64,000 nt of DNA from an uncultured delta proteobacterium (GTDB lineage: Bacteria > Myxococcota_A > Polyangia > Polyangiales > Polyangiaceae). The translations under genes and the position numbers were made by a program. Where the stretch lies: assembly GCA_963696385.1 (NCBI GenBank), contig CAVOKF010000007.1, positions 928,001-992,000 on the forward strand, read 5' to 3'. A model generated the notes under the pieces. That model saw only the letters and a list, made by a program, of their open reading frames with translations. It was not told the origin of the DNA and searched no databases. Shown in pieces: positions 57,338-64,000 of the stretch (the stretch's first letter is position 1; every line of letters starts with the position of its first letter).

Positions 57338-58213
57338 ATGATCCCGACCTCCAGAGCCCACCTATCCGCCCTCCGCGCGCGTCTCCACACCGTGATCCCC
57401 GGCGGCGTCGCCGTGGCTTTCGCCTCGGTGTGCGCGATCGTCCTCCTAGTGGGGACGCAAGCGCAAGCGGCGGGCAACTTCGTCCTCAAGACTCCCTCCG
57501 TCGACGAGAAAAACGGGGAGTGGCACGTCAAAGTGCGAATCGACTTGCCGCGTGCTCCTCCGATGATGCACACGCCGATGCGCTTCACCTTCTCGAAGGA
57601 AGCGGTCGACGAACGGGCCATCATGAAAAAAGGGGCGGAGCCGGAGCATCACCGGGTGGTGCTCGACACGGTCACCAAGCAGATCGAGTCGATGGACGTC
57701 GACTTCGCCGACCCCGCCGGCAAGGTGTTCCGGTCCACGTACTTCGAGTTCGATTTGGCCAGAAAGGACGGCTACTTCGAGGCGGGTGAATACCTCGTGA
57801 CCCTCGCAAGCCCCGACGGCGACGTGGGAGGGGCCCAGAAGCTCACGCTCAAGGGCGACAATCCGCCGGTGTTTCGCGGGGCGATGGATTTCAGCGCCGA
57901 CTCCAAGGCCAGCAAGCAAAAGGGCCCACGGATTCAGGCCGTCAGCAGCGGACTGGACGGGGGGTCGCAGGAGGTCGCCGAAAACGACGCGCCGGCGGCG
58001 GCTCCGACGTCGACCGAAGTTGCCGCCGAGGGACCCGCGCCTAGCATGGTCCCCCAAACCGCCTACGACAAATCGGCCGAAGAGTCGTTGCAGGAGCACC
58101 CGAAGGGATGCGGGTGCGTCGCCGCTGGGCTCAAGGGTCCGAGCCGATCCGGTGGAGCGGCCCTCGCGCTCGGGGTCGGCTTGTTGCTTGCGCGGCGTCG
58201 TCGGTCGTCGTAG
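57338..58213 (+). CDS. Secreted protein with a MYXO-CTERM-type sorting signal
   Basis: Signal peptide ending AQA; C-terminal KGCGCVAAG...AALALGVGLLLARRRRSS. Confidence 0.8.
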   Translation: MIPTSRAHLSALRARLHTVIPGGVAVAFASVCAIVLLVGTQAQAAGNFVLKTPSVDEKNGEWHVKVRIDLPRAPPMMHTPMRFTFSKEAVDERAIMKKGAEPEHHRVVLDTVTKQIESMDVDFADPAGKVFRSTYFEFDLARKDGYFEAGEYLVTLASPDGDVGGAQKLTLKGDNPPVFRGAMDFSADSKASKQKGPRIQAVSSGLDGGSQEVAENDAPAAAPTSTEVAAEGPAPSMVPQTAYDKSAEESLQEHPKGCGCVAAGLKGPSRSGGAALALGVGLLLARRRRSS

Positions 58214-58230
58214 CGCATCCGTCGAAACGC

Positions 58231-59325
58231 ATGACCCCCGACGAAGCCATCGCGCAAGCGAAGAACGGGCGACTGGCGCCGGTCTACGTCATCGCGGGCG
58301 ACGAGCAGACGATGCGCGACGAAGTCGTCGATGCGCTTCGCCGCGCGGCGCTCGGCGAAGGCGTGCCGGCGTTCAACGAGGACAAGTTCACCGCCGGTGA
58401 GGTGGACGCGGCAACGGTCATCTCGGCAGCACGCACCGTGCCGATGATGGCGAACCGCCGGTTCGTCCTCGTCCGGGGTGCCGAGCGATGGGACGGAGCC
58501 GATTCGAGCTCGCCCTTCGATGCCATCGCGGAGTACGCCGCCGCCCCAGTGGACTCCACGTGCCTCGTCATCGTGGCCGCCAAGATCGACGGCCGACGGA
58601 GACTCGTCCAGACGGCTCGCAAGCTCGGTTTTTTCGTCGCGTGCGATCCCCTCGATGCGAGAGCGTTATCGGGCTGGATTGCCCAGCGATGCGCGGCCAA
58701 GGGGCACCCGATCGACCGAGACGTCGCTGAGCTGCTCGCGGCGCTCACGGGACCCGACCTCGCATCGGTCGACGACGCGCTCGAACGTCTGTCTTTGTAC
58801 GTCGGCGTCCATCGACCGATCGACGCCTCGGCGGTCGGCGTATGCGTCGCCCGCGTTCGCGCGGAGGACACCTGGGCGCTGGTTGACGCCGTCGGATCCC
58901 GTGACCTGGGCCGCGCCTTGCGGACGTTGGCCGACGCGTATGATCCGCGAGAACGGGGCCTGCCGCTTCTCGGCGCGCTGGCCTGGTCGGTGCGGCAGCT
59001 GGCGCGGTACCAGGCCGCCCTGGCGTCAGGTGCCTCCGCGGACGACGCGGCCCGGCGCGCGGGCATCTTCCAGCCGCACCGCGCCCGGGAGCTGTCGACG
59101 CGATCTCGGTCAGTTCGCCCGAAAGAGGTCGAACGCTGGATCCTCGTGCTCGCCGAGACGGATTTCGCCTTGAAGAGCTCTCGCCGGCCGGCGGACGCCA
59201 TTCTGGAGGAGATGCTCACGCGACTCTGCCGTGCCGACACCCGGACCGCTCGATCCGCATCCAACGCGTCCGGGGGAGCCCCTTCGCGAACCGACCGATT
59301 TGACGGGGCGGCCCGGCGCCCTTAG
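58231..59325 (+). CDS. holA: DNA polymerase III subunit delta
   Basis: LAPVYVIAGDE, FNEDKF, ARTVPMMANRRFVLVR, LERLSLYVG, ETDFALKSS. Confidence 0.9.
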   Translation: MTPDEAIAQAKNGRLAPVYVIAGDEQTMRDEVVDALRRAALGEGVPAFNEDKFTAGEVDAATVISAARTVPMMANRRFVLVRGAERWDGADSSSPFDAIAEYAAAPVDSTCLVIVAAKIDGRRRLVQTARKLGFFVACDPLDARALSGWIAQRCAAKGHPIDRDVAELLAALTGPDLASVDDALERLSLYVGVHRPIDASAVGVCVARVRAEDTWALVDAVGSRDLGRALRTLADAYDPRERGLPLLGALAWSVRQLARYQAALASGASADDAARRAGIFQPHRARELSTRSRSVRPKEVERWILVLAETDFALKSSRRPADAILEEMLTRLCRADTRTARSASNASGGAPSRTDRFDGAARRP

Positions 59326-59399
59326 GTTCTTCCTGGGTCGCGCGGCGAGGCGCCCGGCGCTCACCCCAACGACCCTCGAAAACGCTTACGGAGATTGAG

Positions 59400-60080
59400 A
59401 TGCACGTCCCCAAGCGGGCGATCCGGCCTCAAAGCTCAGTGACCACGTGTCTCGCTGAGGCGAAGATTCCGACACGATACGGTGAATTCGTCTGCCACGT
59501 CTTTCGAGGCGCGCATGTCTCGGCCGCCAACGCCGTGCCGCTGCCGCAAGACCACCTGGCGTGGATTTTCGGCGACGTTCGTGACCGCACCGGTGTCCCG
59601 GTGCGAGTGCACTCCGAGTGCATCACGAGCGAGGTCTTCGGGTCGCTCAAGTGCGACTGCAAAGAGCAGCTCGATGCGGCCATGGCCGCCGTGGTCCGAG
59701 CCGGCGCCGGCGCGGTGCTCTACCTTCGACAAGAAGGGCGCGGAATCGGGCTGGCCAACAAGATCCGCGCCTACGCGCTGCAGTCCGACGGACACGACAC
59801 CGTCGACGCGAACCGTCTTCTCGGGCTCCCCGACGACGCTCGACTGTACGACATCGCACGCGACATGCTCGAGCACCTCGGCGTGGCGAGCGTCCGGCTC
59901 CTTACGAACAACCCGGCCAAGGTGGCGGCGCTGCGTGACCTCGGGGTTCACGTCGTCGGGCGAACGCCCATCGTCGTCGCCCCGAACCCGCACTCCGCCT
60001 CCTATCTCGAAGCGAAACGGTTACGGATGCAACACGACCTGCCGGTCGAGTTGCGCGCCGCCGGCGCAGACGCCGAGTGA
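59400..60080 (+). CDS. ribA: GTP cyclohydrolase II
   Basis: VRVHSECITSEVFGSLKCDCKEQL, YLRQEGRGIGLANKIRAY, LLTNNPAK. Confidence 0.96.
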   Translation: MHVPKRAIRPQSSVTTCLAEAKIPTRYGEFVCHVFRGAHVSAANAVPLPQDHLAWIFGDVRDRTGVPVRVHSECITSEVFGSLKCDCKEQLDAAMAAVVRAGAGAVLYLRQEGRGIGLANKIRAYALQSDGHDTVDANRLLGLPDDARLYDIARDMLEHLGVASVRLLTNNPAKVAALRDLGVHVVGRTPIVVAPNPHSASYLEAKRLRMQHDLPVELRAAGADAE

Positions 60081-60104
60081 CGGCGCGTCAGAGGTCCTCT
60101 GCGG

Positions 60105-62235
60105 ATGCGAATCGCTCTCACCCACAATCTTCGCGTGGCCGACTCGGAAGAGGAAGCCGAGTTCGATTCCCCGGAGACCATTCATGCCATCGAGCGCGCT
60201 CTCGCGCGGTCCGGGCACCGGGTCGAGCCATTTGACGTCACCGGCCCGGCCTCGCTGCTCGTAACCCGACTGGAGGCGTTCGCTCCGGACATCGTGTTCA
60301 ACCTGGCCGAAGGGCACCGGGGTAAAACTCGCCGGGCTTTCTTTCCCGCCCTCTTCGAAGAACTCGGCATTCCTTCCACGGGTAGCGACGCGTACACGCT
60401 CTGCGTCACCTTGGACAAGGCCCTCACGAAAAAGCAGCTCGCCGGCTGGGGCGTGCCCAGCCCGCGCGGGCGATTCATTTCCGCGCTCCATACTGAAAAA
60501 CGGCGGCCTCGACGAACTGACGTTCCCGGTCATCGTCAAACCGAACTTCGAGGGATCGAGCAAAGGGATCGCGCAAGACAACGTGGTCGAGGACCCCATC
60601 GAACTCGGCCGGGTCCTCGACGAACTGCTCACCCAATATCCCGACGGCGCGCTCGTCGAGCGTTATATCCCCGGCATCGACGTGCGGATCGTTCACGTCG
60701 AGGGACTCCCGCCGCTGCCGGCCGTGGAGATGGTGATCGATCCGAATTACCCGCGACGTCACGACATCATCGACTACCGGCTGGCCAACGTCGAAACGGG
60801 TGCCATCCAACGACGCGTCCCGGCGCGTCTCGCTCCGGGAATCGCCGAGCGTCTGCGTGACCTGACCGACCGCGCGCTTTCCGCGTTCGCCCTGCGCGAC
60901 GTGGCGGCCTTGGACTTCCGCGTCGGAGCGGACGGGAGTGTGTGGTTTCTCAGTGCAACGGCCATCCCGAGTTTCGCGCAAGACGGCGCCCTTTTCGCCG
61001 CGACCGCCTCGGTGGGCGCCAACCGAGACGCGACCGTGCTCGCGGTCTTGCGCTCGGCGGTCGTTCGACGGGGCCTCACGTCGTTGCTCGATGGAACGCG
61101 GACGAGGGCGACGCGCGTACGCCGCACGAGCCTGCGCGTCGGCTTGGCCTACAACATGAAGCGCATCGACTCGCACGGCGGCGACGATCGCGAGGCCGAA
61201 TACGATGGCCCGGAGACCATCCATGCAGTGACGGCGGCCATCGAGAGCCACGGACATGTGGTCGTGCCGCTCGAAGCGACGCCTGAGTTCCCACGCGCGC
61301 TGATGTCCTCCAACGTCGACGTCGTCTTCAACATCGCCGAGGGAATGGTCGGCCGCAGCCGCGAAGCCCAGGTGCCGAGCCTCTGCGAACTGCTCCGGGT
61401 ACCGTATACCGGCAGCGACTCCGCGACTCTGTCCATTTGCCTCGACAAGTCGCTCGCGAAGCGGCTCCTCGTGGACGTGGATACCCCGGCGTTTCAAGTG
61501 TTGGTGACGGGCCGCGAAAAAATCCGCGCCTTACGCTATCCCGTCATCGTCAAACCGAATCAAGAGGGCACGAGCAAAGGCATTACGCCGAAAAGCGTGT
61601 GTGACGACGAAGCGTCCGTGCGCGAGGTGGCACGAGAGATCATCGACCGCTACGGGCAGCCCGCTCTGGTGGAGGAGTACGTGTTCGGGCGCGAGCTGAC
61701 CGTGGGCTTGCTCGGCGAGCGTCGACCCCGGGTGCTGCCTCCGATGGAGGTCGTGTTTTTGAACGCCGGGAACCGGCCCGTGTACGACTACCAATGCAAG
61801 CAGCAGTGGCAAGCACACGTGCGCTACGAGTGCCCCGCGAAGCTCACCAAGGACGAGCTTCGCGCGGTCGAGCGGGCATCGCGCGCCACGTTCGTGGCCC
61901 TGGGCTGCCAGGACGTCGCGCGTGTCGATCTGCGCCTCACCCCCGAGGGACGCATCTATGTCATCGAGGTCAACCCGCTTCCCGGCCTAACGCCGGATTA
62001 CAGCGATCTTTGCCTTATCGCGAACGGCGCAAAAATCGAATATCGGACCCTCATCGGCGAGATCCTGAGCGGAGCCATCAAGCGTTGGCACGCACGCAAC
62101 CGCCCGGCCGATCGTGCGGACGACGTGGGCGACGTGCCGGGCCCCACCGTGCAGACGGCGGCCGCGGTGCCAATCGGTCCGGCACCGTCTGCAACCGCTC
62201 CCCGCCCTGCGCTTCCGATCGGGCAACCGGACTGA
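60105..62235 (+). CDS. Tandem two-domain D-Ala-D-Ala-ligase-like ATP-grasp protein (~709 aa), interrupted by a +1 frameshift at ~60486
   Basis: Domain 1: AEFDSPETI, VFNLAEG, TGSD..TL...LDKALTK, then (+1) FPVIVKPNFEGSSKGI. Domain 2: AEYDGPETI, VFNIAEG, YTGSDS, YPVIVKPNQEGTSKGI, ARVDLR, IEVNPLPGL. Confidence 0.88.
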
Positions 62236-62277
62236 AGCTGTGCCGGACGACGTCGAGGGGTGCATCGAGGGTCGCCC

Positions 62278-64000
62278 ATGAAGCATCGATGTTGGGTGGG
62301 ATGCATTCTGCTCGGGTCGTCGTGGGTCGTGGGCGCGCAGGCACAGCCACGTCCCGCCGCCGACTCCGCATCGGTCGCGGCATCCTCTCGGCCGGCAAAT
62401 ACCTTGCGCGGGCGTGTCGGGACCGACTTGGCCGCTCGATTGATGCGTTCGACCGATCCCAATGAGCGGCTCCGCGGGGTCGAGCGCGCCGCAGGACTGC
62501 ATGCACCCGAAGCCCTCGCCCTTCTGGAACGCATCACCGCCAGCGCGAGTTCCGGCGGTCTCGACCCGCGGCTGCCCCCCGAGGGGCTGGCGCGGAGCGA
62601 CTCGCGTGCCCTCCTGGCGGCCGTGCGGGGTTTGGCGGCCTGGACGGATCGCGAGTCGGCGCAGGCGGCGCTCGCCGGCATCGTCGCCGCGCCCCTCGCC
62701 TCATTGCTGGTCCGCGCCGAGTCGGGCAGCGACGCGATCGAGGGCGGGATGCCGGGGTTTCCTTCGGTCGTGGACGAAGCCGTCGGACCCGCACGCGTCG
62801 AGCTTGCCCGGGACGAAGCCGCCATCGCGCTCGCGCGCTCCGGAAGAGCGGCCGCCATCGATGCGCTGATCGCGATTGCGCGCGGCAGCAGCAGAGGACA
62901 GCGAGCGGCTCTCGACGCCCTCGCGGTCGAGCCGCCCGCCGCGGCCGTCGCGCTCAACGGTGTGGCCCTGACGACTCCGGGGATGATCGCTCTCGCCGCC
63001 CGAATCGCCGACTTGCGAACCCTGGACGCGATGGTCGGTCTCGTGCACTCGAGCGATCCGTTGCTGCGGAGCGCCGCCGTGTCGGCCCTGGCCGTCGCCG
63101 GAGATGCGCGCGACCTCGAAGTGGCACGCGCTGCGGCACAGGATCCCGATCCGCGCGTGCGCGTCGCGGCCGCCGATGCGCTCGTTCGATTGAATGCGGC
63201 CGACGCGGAAAAAAACGTGGTCGCGCTCGTGGCCGACGATGCGACCGCACTCGACGGACTGCGATTGACCCAGGACATCCAGGGCGACGATGTCACCAAA
63301 GCCGCGGCCGCTCGTGCGATGGCATCGGCGGACACCGCGATCCGCGCCGCGGCGGTGGTGGCACTCGGCCGCCAAACCTCGACCTCGGCGGTGGGCGTGC
63401 TCCAAACGCTCCTCTCCGACCCGCTGGCCGGCGGCGACGCAGCGTGCGCTCTGGCCCATTCGCCGAGCCGATCGGCGATGGGCGCGATCGAGGCCTCGGC
63501 GCGGAGCGCCCTCACACGCCGGCTCGCCGCACGCGCCTATTTCGTCCGCCGATACGTGCGCGGAGAGCGCAGCGCGCCGATGGATGACCTTCTGTCGGCA
63601 CTCGCGCGTTCTGCCGATGCGGGCGACCGAGTGGTGGGCGGGCAGTTTCGCTTTGCGTTCGGGCTCACGACGGTCGACGAGGCGCTCGCCGACCCGGATC
63701 CGCGCGTGCGTCGCGCGATCGCCATGAGCGTCTCGGCCCGTCGCGACGACGGATCCGCAACGGCGCTCCTCGCGCGAATGAATCGTGAGGTCGACGATGG
63801 CACGCGTACCATCCTCGCGGGGGGGCTCATCGAAGGAGATCCCCTCGCGATCGTTGCCACTTCCACCCTTTTCGAACGGGCGCGAGCCGGAGGCCCCGAC
63901 GCGCCCCTCGCAGCGATGGCGCTCGGCCAGCGTGCGGGCAGCGCGCCCGCGGGGTGGATCGAGACGCTCGTCGGATCCCCAGACCCCGTGGTTCGGGCAC
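62278..64000 (+). CDS. Secreted HEAT/PBS-lyase-repeat protein (runs off the window end; absent from the ORF track)
   Basis: ATG 62278 gives MKHRCWVGCILLGSSWVVGAQA (signal peptide); the frame appears open to the window end; repeats DPDPRVRVAAADAL, SDPLLRSAAVSAL and DPDPRVRRAIA. Confidence 0.8.
   Translation, partial: MKHRCWVGCILLGSSWVVGAQAQPRPAADSASVAASSRPANTLRGRVGTDLAARLMRSTDPNERLRGVERAAGLHAPEALALLERITASASSGGLDPRLPPEGLARSDSRALLAAVRGLAAWTDRESAQAALAGIVAAPLASLLVRAESGSDAIEGGMPGFPSVVDEAVGPARVELARDEAAIALARSGRAAAIDALIAIARGSSRGQRAALDALAVEPPAAAVALNGVALTTPGMIALAARIADLRTLDAMVGLVHSSDPLLRSAAVSALAVAGDARDLEVARAAAQDPDPRVRVAAADALVRLNAADAEKNVVALVADDATALDGLRLTQDIQGDDVTKAAAARAMASADTAIRAAAVVALGRQTSTSAVGVLQTLLSDPLAGGDAACALAHSPSRSAMGAIEASARSALTRRLAARAYFVRRYVRGERSAPMDDLLSALARSADAGDRVVGGQFRFAFGLTTVDEALADPDPRVRRAIAMSVSARRDDGSATALLARMNREVDDGTRTILAGGLIEGDPLAIVATSTLFERARAGGPDAPLAAMALGQRAGSAPAGWIETLVGSPDPVVRA

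Noticed and set aside
59326..59399. FMN riboswitch upstream of ribA
   Set aside because: The gap is too short and lacks the RFN conserved sequences.

Overview
High-GC chromosomal region, almost certainly from a myxobacterium (Myxococcota, Polyangiaceae-like). The evidence is a MYXO-CTERM protein, an AgmK-like giant TPR protein, a PEGA-type Hanks kinase, an atypical Hsp70 and the pilMNOPQ operon. About 37 genes are present: tamB and a large Omp85 (TamA/BamA) gene; a sugar aminotransferase and epimerase; two GT-C-like membrane proteins; a ClC-CBS transporter; a ~4,000-aa TPR protein split by two +1 frameshifts; a J-domain/Hsp70 pair; gltBD; a KirBac K+ channel; pilMNOPQ; a LysM-M15 peptidase; a FliA/WhiG-type sigma factor behind a sigma54-like promoter; lolD; folP-cdaA-cdaR (c-di-AMP); an acyl-CoA dehydrogenase; ribF; a kinase; holA; ribA; a tandem ATP-grasp ligase; and a HEAT-repeat protein. 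No rRNA, tRNA, CRISPR array or mobile element was recognised. The most unusual item is a lid-less Hsp70 whose interdomain linker is expanded by ~260 aa, including an in-frame 60-bp tandem repeat; it is paired with a J-TPR co-chaperone and faces the giant TPR gene. Other notable items are a fused double ATP-grasp ligase with one degenerate active site, a duplicated cdaR 3' end, and 4x11-bp direct repeats upstream of the giant TPR gene. Four single-base frameshifts suggest residual long-read indel errors. All family assignments come from motif recognition by eye, not database searches.
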